Of a DNA stretch of 64,000 nucleotides, positions 30,295-43,754 are shown one piece after another. Position 1 is the stretch's first letter, and each line of letters starts with the position of its first letter. The notes below the pieces were generated by a model, which ran no database searches, was not told the origin of the DNA, and saw nothing but the letters and a program-made list of their open reading frames with translations. The translations under genes were made by a program, and so were the position numbers. The DNA lies in assembly GCA_048886685.1 (NCBI GenBank), contig JBHLKM010000006.1:164062-228061 (forward strand). Direction: 5' to 3'. Source of the DNA: Candidatus Hodarchaeota archaeon (lineage in GTDB: Archaea > Asgardarchaeota > Lokiarchaeia > Sigyniarchaeales > SOKP01).

Positions 30295-31260
30295 TTGAGA
30301 GATTCTGTTTTATTCTTTCCAAAAGAGAAACAACCTAAAGAAAAAACTTATAAAATTTTATTCACTGGATTAGATGGAGCAGGTAAAACAAGTATAATCT
30401 TAGCTCTTCAGAGAGAATTCTCTAAAATTGCTGTAATCGAACCAACTAGAGGTGCCCAAAGGACAACTTTTAAATTATTAGGACGAGAAGTAAGTGAGTG
30501 GGATTTAGGCGGTCAAAAGAGTTATCTCATTTCTTATTTAAAAAACCCTAGTAAGTATTTTGACGACACAGAAATCGCAATTTATGTTATAGATATATTA
30601 GATTCTTCACGTTTAATTGAATCTTTAAGTTATTTATATGATGTGATTGAGAAATTTAAAGAACTGAAAATTGAACCACCTATTAATGTTTTTTTTCATA
30701 AATGTGATCCTAAATTAATTCATAGTGTAGAAAAAGTAATAGAAAAGCAAATTAATGATTTAAAGAAAGAAATAATTGATACAGCGAATTATGAGAAAAT
30801 ACATTTTTTCTGTACATCAGTATATGATCCATATACAATTATTAGCTCAATGTCTCAGATTTTATTAGAATTATATCCAAAATCACAGCTATTACAGAAA
30901 ACTATTGAAGAATTTGCGAATAAATTAAATTGCGAGGGCTTAATGATAATTGATAAAAATTCGATTATTTTAGGTTCCTACTTTAAAGATGATGAATCGA
31001 AAAAGCTATTGAGCAATACTATTGCCTATTTTTTAACTCTTAATGATATTTTTGTAGAAATGGAAATAGAGCAACGGGAAGACCAGATAGTTGTAAGAAA
31101 ATCAGGTAAATACTTTCTATTCAAACCAATTCTGTTAAATGAAATAAATTTACCTTATTATATGCTTGTTTTGAAACAGCATAATCCATTTGATATTTAT
31201 TTTATAAATAAAGATTTTACCGCATTTGTAAACATTTTCAGGGATATTATACTAAGCTAA
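30295..31260 (+). CDS. Rag/Gtr-like small GTPase with C-terminal roadblock domain
   Basis: GLDGAGKTS, PTR, WDLGGQ, HKCD, TSVYD; C-terminal EGLMIIDKNSIILGSYF. Confidence 0.8.
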   Translation: MRDSVLFFPKEKQPKEKTYKILFTGLDGAGKTSIILALQREFSKIAVIEPTRGAQRTTFKLLGREVSEWDLGGQKSYLISYLKNPSKYFDDTEIAIYVIDILDSSRLIESLSYLYDVIEKFKELKIEPPINVFFHKCDPKLIHSVEKVIEKQINDLKKEIIDTANYEKIHFFCTSVYDPYTIISSMSQILLELYPKSQLLQKTIEEFANKLNCEGLMIIDKNSIILGSYFKDDESKKLLSNTIAYFLTLNDIFVEMEIEQREDQIVVRKSGKYFLFKPILLNEINLPYYMLVLKQHNPFDIYFINKDFTAFVNIFRDIILS

Positions 31261-31368
31261 TAATTCTCTGTTCATTTTTTTTTTTATTTTAAGATTCTTA
31301 ATTAGAGCAAAAATAAATATGACTTAAATCTATACCTTATATACTTCAAAAGAAACCATTATATAGAA

Positions 31369-32817
31369 TTGTTAAAAATGGATTTGGAAAAATTATTTAG
31401 GCCTAGATCGATTGCCGTGGTGGGAATAAGTAAGAAAAATCCGTTATCACCTGGACGAATAGTTTTATTAAAAAATGAATTTGAAATGGAAACAAAAGTC
31501 TATGGTATTTATCCAAATGGAGGGGAGATTGAGGGAATTCAGCTTTATAAACGCTTAGGCGAATTACCTGAAATTCCAGACCTTCTTGTTGTTGCTGTTG
31601 GACCAGATGATACTTTGGAATATATACAAGAGTGTGCTAATCTAGGGATACCCGCAAGTGTAATAATTGGAGGTGGATTTGCTGAAATTGGTGGAAAAGG
31701 TAAGAAAAGACAGGAAAAACTTGAGAAAATTGCATTTGAAAACGATATTGCGGTGCTTGGACCAAATTGTCTCGGTGTTTATGCACCTCCAATTGTAGAT
31801 ACAATTTTTCTACCTACAGAACGTATTACAAGACCTCCAAAAGGGTCTGTCGCACTAATAAGCCAAAGTGGGGGATTCCTCGTCGATCAATTCTTTGTTA
31901 AATTCAATGAGAGAAATATAGGTGTATCCACTGCAGTGTCAATAGGAAATCGTGCAGTTGTGGATGAGGTAATGTTATTAGAATACTTTAGTCGAGTAGA
32001 TCCAGAAACAACAAATATTGCTTTTTATTTAGAAGGATTTAAAGAAGGTAGAGCAAGAGATTTTTTAAAGATAGCAAAAGAGTCAGAAGACACAGTGATT
32101 GTATATTTTGGGGGTAAAACAAGAGAAGGGAAAGTGGCAACACAATCACATACTGCAAGTCTAACCGGGAACTATAAAATTATATACAATGCATTAAGGC
32201 AATTCTATATAATCCAACCTCATTCAGAACGAGAATTATTGACATGTTTAAAAGTATTTGATGTATTGGCAAAAAAAAGAAATCCATTTGGAGATAATGT
32301 CATAACTTTTGGTGATGTAGCAATAGTATCTGTTTCTGGAGGGCATGCAGTATTAGCATCCGATATGTTAAAAAAATATGGATTGAATGCTGTGCGATTT
32401 TCTCATCAAGAAAAGAGAGATTTAAAAAGTCTTATGAACCCTGTTGCTGCAGAAATTGCTTCCTTTAATAATCCCATTGATTTAACTGGGTCCGTATTAG
32501 ATACAGATATTGAGAACATAGTTCGGTATCTTTCTGACGTTGAAAGAATCGAATGTATTATCTTGCTACTACTTCCTTACCCTCCTAACATATCTTTTCA
32601 AATCGGAAGAAGAGTAGCAAATATTATCGCATCTAAAAATAAACCAGTTGTATGTTTTGTTCCTTATGTCCAAAAATATTCTTTAATAATAGAGTCATTA
32701 GAACTTGCAAATGTGCCTGTTTTTCATTCCATTAAAGAAACTGTTCAAGCTGTATCGGCATTAAAACAGAGAACAAGAATAGATAATTTAAAACTGAAAA
32801 ATGTGTTTTGGGAGTAA
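31369..32817 (+). CDS. Acyl-CoA synthetase (NDP-forming) alpha subunit
   Basis: LFRPRSIAVVG, GGFAEIG, LGPNCLG, ISQSGG, SHT phospho-His, NPIDLTG. Likely ATG at 31378. Confidence 0.85.
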   Translation: MLKMDLEKLFRPRSIAVVGISKKNPLSPGRIVLLKNEFEMETKVYGIYPNGGEIEGIQLYKRLGELPEIPDLLVVAVGPDDTLEYIQECANLGIPASVIIGGGFAEIGGKGKKRQEKLEKIAFENDIAVLGPNCLGVYAPPIVDTIFLPTERITRPPKGSVALISQSGGFLVDQFFVKFNERNIGVSTAVSIGNRAVVDEVMLLEYFSRVDPETTNIAFYLEGFKEGRARDFLKIAKESEDTVIVYFGGKTREGKVATQSHTASLTGNYKIIYNALRQFYIIQPHSERELLTCLKVFDVLAKKRNPFGDNVITFGDVAIVSVSGGHAVLASDMLKKYGLNAVRFSHQEKRDLKSLMNPVAAEIASFNNPIDLTGSVLDTDIENIVRYLSDVERIECIILLLLPYPPNISFQIGRRVANIIASKNKPVVCFVPYVQKYSLIIESLELANVPVFHSIKETVQAVSALKQRTRIDNLKLKNVFWE

Positions 32818-32838
32818 AAAAAATATGTGTCCCTCAAA

Positions 32839-33654
32839 TTATGCAACGTCTATTATGTTGTCTAATTCTTTTATTGATTTTTTTATATATGTTTCATCAT
32901 CAATTAGTAATTCTATTGCATTTTGAGGGCAAGCACTTACACATCGACCACAACCTCTACATTCTTTACTGATAATTGCTTGATTATCCTCCAATGTTAT
33001 TGCATTTACAAAACATACACCTTTTAAACATGTCCCACATCCAATACATTTATCAGTTACTCGTATTACCACTCCTGGCATTTTTTTTATTTTCGATCCT
33101 ATTTTTGGGGCTAATATTGAAGATACTCGCCATAAACAGCAACATGGATCACAATTACATATACTTAAAAGCTTTTCTCCCGGGCTTACTCCGAGCCACT
33201 GTGCATCTAATCTATTCCTACCAATCATTTGTACTAATCCTGCATCTCTACATCTTCTTAGATGTTCTAAAGCTTGTTCTTTGGTCACTAATTTTCCTAA
33301 TTGGGGATTAATATCTAGAACAGCATCTCCAAGAAAAAGGCACCCTAAATCAACTGGATAATCTTGGCAATCCATACTAGATCGACAAATACAAAAATTC
33401 ATAATCCAGAGGTTTTTAGCTTTATTGATGAAATATTCTAATACTTGGGATGGTAAAACATATTCATTATACTCTCCTAATGGTTTATTAATTTCAATTA
33501 CCTTATCTTGCGGAAGATAAATAATATTATCATCCCTGAAAAGGAGGAAATTAAAAATATTACCTAATAATGGAATATTTGTTAATTTAGCAATAAATTT
33601 AACATTTGGGAAAGATTTTTTCAATAATTTAACAAACCACAATGGTCGAGCCAT
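32839..33654 (-). CDS. 4Fe-4S binding protein
   Basis: CICR, ICNCDPCCC, CIGCGTC, CRGCGRCVSACP. Confidence 0.85.
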   Translation of the reverse strand: MARPLWFVKLLKKSFPNVKFIAKLTNIPLLGNIFNFLLFRDDNIIYLPQDKVIEINKPLGEYNEYVLPSQVLEYFINKAKNLWIMNFCICRSSMDCQDYPVDLGCLFLGDAVLDINPQLGKLVTKEQALEHLRRCRDAGLVQMIGRNRLDAQWLGVSPGEKLLSICNCDPCCCLWRVSSILAPKIGSKIKKMPGVVIRVTDKCIGCGTCLKGVCFVNAITLEDNQAIISKECRGCGRCVSACPQNAIELLIDDETYIKKSIKELDNIIDVA

Positions 33655-33733
33655 CCAAGCACCAGTTTTATCATTAGAATATCTAAATATAATTCTGAAT
33701 CAAATTTAAAATAATGATATTGGTATTTAAGAA

Positions 33734-36961
<3,228 letters not shown>

Positions 36962-36972
36962 TTATTAGAAAT

Positions 36973-38472
36973 ATGAGAATACTCTACATTGATATCGATA
37001 CCTTACGAGCAGATCATCTAAGCTGTTATGGATATCATCGTAATACATCTCCTAATATTGATAGAATAGCAGAAGAAGGTACGATTTTTACAGAATGTTA
37101 TGTTTCAGATGCCCCATGTTTACCTTCTAGAGCATCTCTTTTTACCGGTAGATTTGGGATACATTCTGGTATTATTGGACATGGTGGAACTGCTGCAGAT
37201 TTGAGATTAACAGGTGAGGTACGAGGATTTCAAGATCAATATTTACGTTATAACTGGATCAGTATGCTCAGAAGGGCAAAATTTTATCCCATATCAATAT
37301 CACCATTCGCAGAGAGGCATTCTGCTTTTTGGTTTTATTCTGGATGGAAAGAGATGTATAATACTGGAAAAAGAGGCTTAGAAACAGCAGATCAAGTTTT
37401 TCCTTATGCAGAGAAATGGTTAAAAGAAAATGCACAAATGGATAATTGGTTTTTACATGTCAATTTTTGGGATCCTCACACCCCTTACCGTACTCCTATG
37501 TCGTTTGGAAATCCCTTTGAGAATGAACCCGTTCCTTCTTGGATTACACAAGAAATCATAGATGAACAAAGAAAAAGTTATGGACCACATTCTGCTTGCG
37601 AACCATTAGGATTTACAATTTATAATCTTCCTCTGGAGCTTCCTAGATTAAATGGATTCAGAGAAATTAGGAACTTGAACGATTTCAAACAATGGATTGA
37701 TGGTTATGATGTGGGAATAAGATTTACCGATGATTATGTAGGAAAAATTATTGAATTGCTTAAAGAGGAAGGTATCTATGAAGAAACTATTTTTATTATA
37801 AGTTCTGACCATGGTGAAAATCAAGGAGAATTAAACATCTATGGAGATCATGCAACTGCCTGTCACATAACAAATCGAGTTCCAATGATAATAAAATGGC
37901 CAGGGAAAAATTGGAAAAAAGAATATAATTCCCTAATATACCAAACAGATATGGCCGCCACTATAGTAGAAGGTTTAGAGTTGAAGGTTCCTGAATTTTG
38001 GGACGGTAAAAGCTTCTTTAGTAATATTGAAAACAATGAAGAATTTGGGAGGGAGTTTCTTATTATAAGTCAGAATGCATGGAGTTGTCAACGCACTATA
38101 AGATTTGATAATTGGACATTGATCAAGACATATCATACAGGTCTAAAGAATTTTCAAGATATAATGTTATATGATTATGAAAAGGATTTTCACATGATAA
38201 AAAATATAGCAGAAGAAAATCCGGAAATTGTGGATCATGGATTAAAACTTCTCGATATATGGCGTAAAGAAATGTTAGAGAAATTTTCGAATAATGAAGA
38301 CCCTATGAATATTGTATTAAAAGAAGGTGGTCCATATCATACAAGGGATCATTTGAGAAGTTATATCGAAAGACTACAAGAATCAGAAAGAGGAGATATG
38401 GTACAAACAATTCTTGATCGTGAGGAAACTTATTCATTAAAGAATAAAAAAGGTGAATTGCCGAATATTTAA
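36973..38472 (+). CDS. Cys-type sulfatase
   Basis: DIDTLRADHL, CLPSR formylglycine motif, DPHTPY, SSDHGE. Confidence 0.9.
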   Translation: MRILYIDIDTLRADHLSCYGYHRNTSPNIDRIAEEGTIFTECYVSDAPCLPSRASLFTGRFGIHSGIIGHGGTAADLRLTGEVRGFQDQYLRYNWISMLRRAKFYPISISPFAERHSAFWFYSGWKEMYNTGKRGLETADQVFPYAEKWLKENAQMDNWFLHVNFWDPHTPYRTPMSFGNPFENEPVPSWITQEIIDEQRKSYGPHSACEPLGFTIYNLPLELPRLNGFREIRNLNDFKQWIDGYDVGIRFTDDYVGKIIELLKEEGIYEETIFIISSDHGENQGELNIYGDHATACHITNRVPMIIKWPGKNWKKEYNSLIYQTDMAATIVEGLELKVPEFWDGKSFFSNIENNEEFGREFLIISQNAWSCQRTIRFDNWTLIKTYHTGLKNFQDIMLYDYEKDFHMIKNIAEENPEIVDHGLKLLDIWRKEMLEKFSNNEDPMNIVLKEGGPYHTRDHLRSYIERLQESERGDMVQTILDREETYSLKNKKGELPNI

Positions 38473-38572
38473 TAAAGTGTAAGTAAATGATTAACATTTA
38501 TTAGCATAAAAAAACAATGATAAACTAAGTTTGAGAAATTGAGAGAAATTGTATTATATTATTTGATTACAT

Positions 38573-39535
38573 ATGAATGTCGATATTGAATTATTGAAAC
38601 AATTTGAAAGGACAATTGACACTATTCATCCAGAGAAAGGGAAAATCCCCATAAAAATACTTGGATTTGGTGAAATAAGTCTAGTTTTTGAAATTATTGG
38701 TGACCCAGCACAATTAGCTTACAAGCGAATTCCTATTTTTGACAATGAGAAACAGGCTAAAAGACATCTATGGGCATATAATGAATATTGTAGAATTCTA
38801 AGTGATGATATTGGCTTAAATCTTCCTGAACATGATGCAATTTGGTTTAAAAATCAAAAAGGTGAGATTAAATTTTATTGTATTCAACAAAAAATCGATC
38901 CCGAAGCTGTTGGTAATAAAGTTATCCACAGCGTATCTGATAATGAAATCGAAACCTTAATTATTCTTGTTATGAGAGAATTAAAGAAAGTGTGGACGCT
39001 AAATAAAGAAAATCCAAGTCTAGATGTTGGTATAGATGGACAGATATCTAATTTTGTTGTTGTTAATTATGAGTTTAATATTCCAAAAATTTATAATACA
39101 TCAAAATTACTCTATTTGGATACCAGTACACCTCTATTTCGGAAAAAACATATTGAAGCGATGGAAGCAGATTTATTTTTAAAAAGTGCTCCCTCTTTCT
39201 TGAGATTTTTAATTAAAGCTCTTTTTTTACAAGAAGTAGTAGATCGTTATTACGATTGGAGATTAGTAGCAATAGATCTAATAGCAAACTTTTTCAAAGA
39301 ACAAAAATCTGAAATAATTCCTAGATTAATCAGAATAATTAATCAGTTTTTTAAAGAAGAGGCTGAAGAATTTGAAATTGAGCCTATCACATTTGAAGAA
39401 GTGTATAAATATTATAAAAATGATAAAATGATATGGCTCTTTTTTCAAAATGCAAGAAGACTTGATAGATTTATCAAAACTAAACTATTAAGGAAAAATT
39501 ATGATTTTTATCTCCCAGAAAAAATAAGAAGGTAA
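38573..39535 (+). CDS. Hypothetical protein, kinase-like (DUF6206-like)
   Basis: ILGFGEISLV, AYKR, DGQISNF, YLDTSTPL resemble protein-kinase-like motifs. Confidence 0.5.
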   Translation: MNVDIELLKQFERTIDTIHPEKGKIPIKILGFGEISLVFEIIGDPAQLAYKRIPIFDNEKQAKRHLWAYNEYCRILSDDIGLNLPEHDAIWFKNQKGEIKFYCIQQKIDPEAVGNKVIHSVSDNEIETLIILVMRELKKVWTLNKENPSLDVGIDGQISNFVVVNYEFNIPKIYNTSKLLYLDTSTPLFRKKHIEAMEADLFLKSAPSFLRFLIKALFLQEVVDRYYDWRLVAIDLIANFFKEQKSEIIPRLIRIINQFFKEEAEEFEIEPITFEEVYKYYKNDKMIWLFFQNARRLDRFIKTKLLRKNYDFYLPEKIRR

Positions 39536-39546
39536 TTAGAGATTGA

Positions 39547-39702
39547 CTATCTCTCATACTTTTCTTGAGAGGAAATCCACTTTTTCTTACAATCCTCAGA
39601 ACAAAAAACATGAATAGTAGTAGGTTCCTTAATATCAAAATGTTGAATTTTTGCTCCACCAACAATCTCCTTTTTACACTGTTGACATTTGATTATTGCC
39701 AT
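39547..39702 (-). CDS. Small TRASH/zf-FCS-like zinc-finger protein (51 aa, absent from ORF track)
   Basis: ATG..TAG reads MAIIKCQQCKKEIVGGAKIQHFDIKEPTTIHVFCSEDCKKKWISSQEKYER. Confidence 0.7.
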   Translation of the reverse strand: MAIIKCQQCKKEIVGGAKIQHFDIKEPTTIHVFCSEDCKKKWISSQEKYER

Positions 39703-39826
39703 TTTCTACCACTATTATTGTAATTTAAATATAAATTAGTTTTAGTTTTAATAAATATTGATAATAAGAAAAAATTAAATAAAGAATATTTTATCTATAA
39801 AACTCAAATGTTCAATAATACTGGCC

Positions 39827-40969
39827 ATGAATATGACGTCTAAACCTAGAGTATTTCTGACATCAAATGTTTTCTCAGAAAAAGAAATTGGATCTAATGA
39901 AAAAATATCTATAGAACTACGTTCTGATATTAAGGATTCATGGCAAGAATTAGAAAGGATTTCAGTATTAAAAGTATTCGATGGAAGATTTCCATCAGAA
40001 GTGCAGCTTCAAAAGGAAATCGAAGAATTTAACCCAGACATTCTAGGGTGCCACTTGAGTCATGAAATATCTTCAGAAATGATGGAGAGATCAAGCATTT
40101 TTGCTATTTGTACGTCCACAGTTGGATTTAATCATATACAAAGAACAGAGAGAGATGATATATTAATAACTCATACACCTGGAGTCCTCCATAAGACTGT
40201 AGCAGATTACACTATAGCATTAATAATGGCAAATTTAAGGAACTTGATTGATCTTCATAATTATATATGGAATAACCAATGGACTGAAACTGATAAATGG
40301 GATTTAGATAGCTCTCTTTCATCAGTAATTTCTGATAAAATACTTGGGATTGTGGGATTGGGTGAGATTGGTAAAGAATTGGTGAAGAAATTATATGGTT
40401 GGGGTGTTAAAATCATTTATTATGACATTCACCAAATGAAAAAATTTGAAGAAAAGTACCCCTTAATTGAATTTAAAGCAAATATAGAGGATATATTTAG
40501 AGAATCAGATATAGTTAGTTTACATATTCCTTTAAATAAACATACAGAGAATTTGATTAGTCGCTCTTTGCTAATCAAAATGAAAAAAAATGCTTTACTT
40601 GTAAACACTGCCCGAGGAGGTGTTTTGGACTTAATGACATTATTAGATATGATGGAAAATGAAGAGATTAAGATTAATATAGCTCTTGATGTTTTTCCTA
40701 TAGAACCAATTGATATAAAAACTCTAAAACGTATTAAAAAGATAAAAGAAGCTCAACCAAATACAAGAATAATTCTTATGCCCCATAATGCCTCAGCAGA
40801 TGCAAATACTAGGGCTGAAATGGATATTATTTTTTTAAAAGATATAATAAATATTATAAAATCAACTTCAATTGAAGATTTGAAGAGAGTCAATATTATT
40901 CCTGAACATAAAAAACAATTAAAAGATAAACAATGGAGAATTTTAAACTATTGGGATAAAAATGATTAG
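39827..40969 (+). CDS. D-isomer-specific 2-hydroxyacid dehydrogenase (glyoxylate reductase-like)
   Basis: HTPGVL, LGIVGLGEIG, DIVSLHIPL, VNTARG, ALDVFPIEP, MPHNAS. Confidence 0.88.
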   Translation: MNMTSKPRVFLTSNVFSEKEIGSNEKISIELRSDIKDSWQELERISVLKVFDGRFPSEVQLQKEIEEFNPDILGCHLSHEISSEMMERSSIFAICTSTVGFNHIQRTERDDILITHTPGVLHKTVADYTIALIMANLRNLIDLHNYIWNNQWTETDKWDLDSSLSSVISDKILGIVGLGEIGKELVKKLYGWGVKIIYYDIHQMKKFEEKYPLIEFKANIEDIFRESDIVSLHIPLNKHTENLISRSLLIKMKKNALLVNTARGGVLDLMTLLDMMENEEIKINIALDVFPIEPIDIKTLKRIKKIKEAQPNTRIILMPHNASADANTRAEMDIIFLKDIINIIKSTSIEDLKRVNIIPEHKKQLKDKQWRILNYWDKND

Positions 40970-41534
40970 ATCTTTCATCGCTCTTGAATTAAAGGATGAA
41001 GATACCATTAAGAATATCGTCTCTTTTTCTTCTCGGTTAAAGCAAAACCAACCAAAACTTAAACTGGTAAATCCTGATAATCTACATATGACTGTGAAAT
41101 TCTTGGGTAATATTTTAGAAACATTAGCCCCTAAGATTTATGCGATTTTAAATAATGACATTAACAATAAAATTTTCCAAGGGAAAAGCTTTAAATATAA
41201 TCTAAAGGGTGTAGGTCAATTTAATCGATTTTCTGTTTTATGGATAAAACTTATTGGTGATATCACTTTATTGCAAGAAATTAAAGATTCCATCGAAAAT
41301 TTACTTTTTGAAAGATTAAGCATTGATCATGATAAAAGACAGCAATTTAAACCGCACTTGACTATTGGAAGACTTAGAAGAGAGAGAATTAATTATAAAA
41401 CTTTTGATACGTTTAGAAAACTAATCAATGAGAATAAAAATACAGAATTTGGAGAATTTACAATAAATCAAATTAAGCTAAAAAAATCTGAATTAACACC
41501 AAAAGGTCCAATTTACACTGATTTGGTATACTAA
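40962..41534 (+). CDS. thpR: RNA 2',3'-cyclic phosphodiesterase (2H family)
   Basis: RSFIA, LHMTVKFLG, FKPHLTIGR, SELTPKGPIY. Confidence 0.9.
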   Translation: MIRSFIALELKDEDTIKNIVSFSSRLKQNQPKLKLVNPDNLHMTVKFLGNILETLAPKIYAILNNDINNKIFQGKSFKYNLKGVGQFNRFSVLWIKLIGDITLLQEIKDSIENLLFERLSIDHDKRQQFKPHLTIGRLRRERINYKTFDTFRKLINENKNTEFGEFTINQIKLKKSELTPKGPIYTDLVY

Positions 41535-42233
41535 ATGCAGAAGAGAGAATCTATTAAAGCAATCATATGGGACCTAGATGGTACACTTATTTACTTTAAG
41601 ATTGATTATCTAAGAGCGCGTCATGAAGCTGTAAAAATCTTAAAAAAATATGGGGTTCCTAAACCCTTCCTTTCTGTAGAGTTTTCTATTTTAGATAATG
41701 TCACCAAATCAAGGGAGTTTTTCAATACACAAGGATTTTCTGAGAAAAAGATCAAAAAAATTGTAAATGAAGTTGATAGTGCAATTACAAAGATAGAATA
41801 TAAGGCATCTCAAGAAGCTGTAATGGTAAAGGGAATAGATCAAGTTTTGGAATATGCTAAAGCTAAAAAGTTGAAACAAGCAATATTTACTTTTAATACT
41901 AGAAAAAATGCAGAAAGTTCTCTTAAAACAGTAAACTTAACACAGTATTTTGAATTAATTGTGGGACGAGATAATGTAAATAATTTAAAACCTCATCCAG
42001 AACATATAACTTACATATGTAATGAATTGAAAATTAATCCTCACGAAGCGTTAGTTATTGGGGATTCTAGTCGTGATATAGAAGCTGCGATTAATGTTGG
42101 CGCTTATTGTATTGCTCTAAACACTAAAAATCCTAGTTTTTTTAAGGGAGAATCAATTGAAAAGGCTGATAAAATTATTGAACTTAATGAAATTCCGACG
42201 AAATTAATAGAAGCTATTGAGAAACTTTTATAA
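41535..42233 (+). CDS. HAD-superfamily phosphatase (phosphoglycolate phosphatase-like)
   Basis: WDLDGTL, KPHP, VIGDSSRDIEAA. Confidence 0.88.
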   Translation: MQKRESIKAIIWDLDGTLIYFKIDYLRARHEAVKILKKYGVPKPFLSVEFSILDNVTKSREFFNTQGFSEKKIKKIVNEVDSAITKIEYKASQEAVMVKGIDQVLEYAKAKKLKQAIFTFNTRKNAESSLKTVNLTQYFELIVGRDNVNNLKPHPEHITYICNELKINPHEALVIGDSSRDIEAAINVGAYCIALNTKNPSFFKGESIEKADKIIELNEIPTKLIEAIEKLL

Positions 42234-42305
42234 ATAACCAAAAAGATAATTTAATAAATACTAATACTATTATAATCATAATATTTGTAGGTTTAAATTA
42301 AAATA

Positions 42306-42560
42306 ATGAAAGTAGAATATTTTTTGGACATTTTAAAACCGCATCAACCCGGACTCGACTTATTAGCTCGTACTTTAATGGGTATCGGTGGAGTCACAAA
42401 AGTGAAAGTCAAAGTTGATGAATTAGATCAGAAGACCGCATCATTGCATATAAATATCGAAGGAATTAACCTTTCACTAGAGGAAATCACTGAAGTTCTA
42501 GGTTCGATGAATTGTGCTCTCCACAGTGTTGACATGGTTGAAATGGAAGATATTGAATAG
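42306..42560 (+). CDS. DUF211-family protein
   Basis: LDILKPHQP, IEG, LHSVD. Confidence 0.8.
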   Translation: MKVEYFLDILKPHQPGLDLLARTLMGIGGVTKVKVKVDELDQKTASLHINIEGINLSLEEITEVLGSMNCALHSVDMVEMEDIE

Positions 42561-42671
42561 CTTTACCCATTATTTCATTATTTTTTTTTATTTATTCTTT
42601 TAAGCAAAAAAAATAAAAACTAGTTCCACTCATTTTTATTTATAAAGGATAAAGGAAATTTTTTCAGACTC

Positions 42672-43025
42672 ATGGAAGATCCAAGTGTAATTAAAATCCT
42701 TCAAAAACAAGGAGAAATCAATGATGAATTAGATTTTGCTCTAATGAATTATTTAATTCAAAATCGGGGTCCCGGGTATACAGCATGTCAACCTTCTTTA
42801 GTTGAGCTTGAAAATGGAAAAAAAGCTATTAAAATGAATATAGATCATACATTTATAGATAAAGATAATCAATTAATGGGTTTAGGTATAGTTGGTAAGA
42901 TATATATTGATCTTGACACTCTTCAAGTAATCTATTGTACACCTCTCGAAGATTTAATAAACAATATTAAAGTATTGAAATCTGCTGGAATTAAACCACA
43001 ACTGCGCCCAAAAGGTAAGTATTAG
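42672..43025 (+). CDS. Hypothetical protein
   Basis: Clean 117-aa ORF; no recognised motif. Confidence 0.65.
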   Translation: MEDPSVIKILQKQGEINDELDFALMNYLIQNRGPGYTACQPSLVELENGKKAIKMNIDHTFIDKDNQLMGLGIVGKIYIDLDTLQVIYCTPLEDLINNIKVLKSAGIKPQLRPKGKY

Positions 43026-43189
43026 AGAAAATTGAGCAATAATATTTTCTATTTCGGCAAATCTAAATATTTACTCAGTTATGTTAATAATTCATCATAC
43101 TATTTCTGAAATATCATAATAAAGATTAATGAATTGATCATCATAAAAAATTATATTGGTTATATCATTCTTTACCTTACAGAATAATA

Positions 43190-43738
43190 ATGTCTACTAA
43201 AGAAAACAAAATAAAGAATCTAATTCAAGAATATCTACTAGATGAGGGATTATTGAGAGAAAAAATTTCAAATCCAAAACTTGATTTTGGATTCCAGTTT
43301 ATTTTTCCTCCTGGAATTGATCCAATGAGACGTACAATTGGTAGAAATATGGTTGTAATAAAACCTAAAAATAAAAATTTAATTGTAATTTCACTCGGAA
43401 CTCAAATTTCAAAACCTCATGTTGATGCGTTAAATTCATTGGAAGAAGATAGAAAAATGCAATTCTTCATGGATCTTAGGAAATTTTTTCTTGTTAAAGA
43501 TTTATTCTATCGAATTGATTTACAGAACTATAGATACGAGATTAGTGATCAAATATTTCTTAAAGATAATGGTACAGTTTCTAAAAATAAATTCTTTAAA
43601 TCAATTAGACGAGTCTTTGATAGTTCAGCTTATAGTAATATAATTTTGGGTGAATACTGCTTTGGTAAAATAAAACCAGAGGATTTTATGAAATCAAGGG
43701 ATTTTTCAAGTAATTCTGATTTTTCACTCTATTCATAA
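43190..43738 (+). CDS. DUF2299-like protein
   Basis: IQEYLLDEGL, VIKPK, HVDAL, FFMDLR pattern. Confidence 0.6.
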   Translation: MSTKENKIKNLIQEYLLDEGLLREKISNPKLDFGFQFIFPPGIDPMRRTIGRNMVVIKPKNKNLIVISLGTQISKPHVDALNSLEEDRKMQFFMDLRKFFLVKDLFYRIDLQNYRYEISDQIFLKDNGTVSKNKFFKSIRRVFDSSAYSNIILGEYCFGKIKPEDFMKSRDFSSNSDFSLYS

Positions 43739-43754
43739 TTTAGAAATGAAAACA

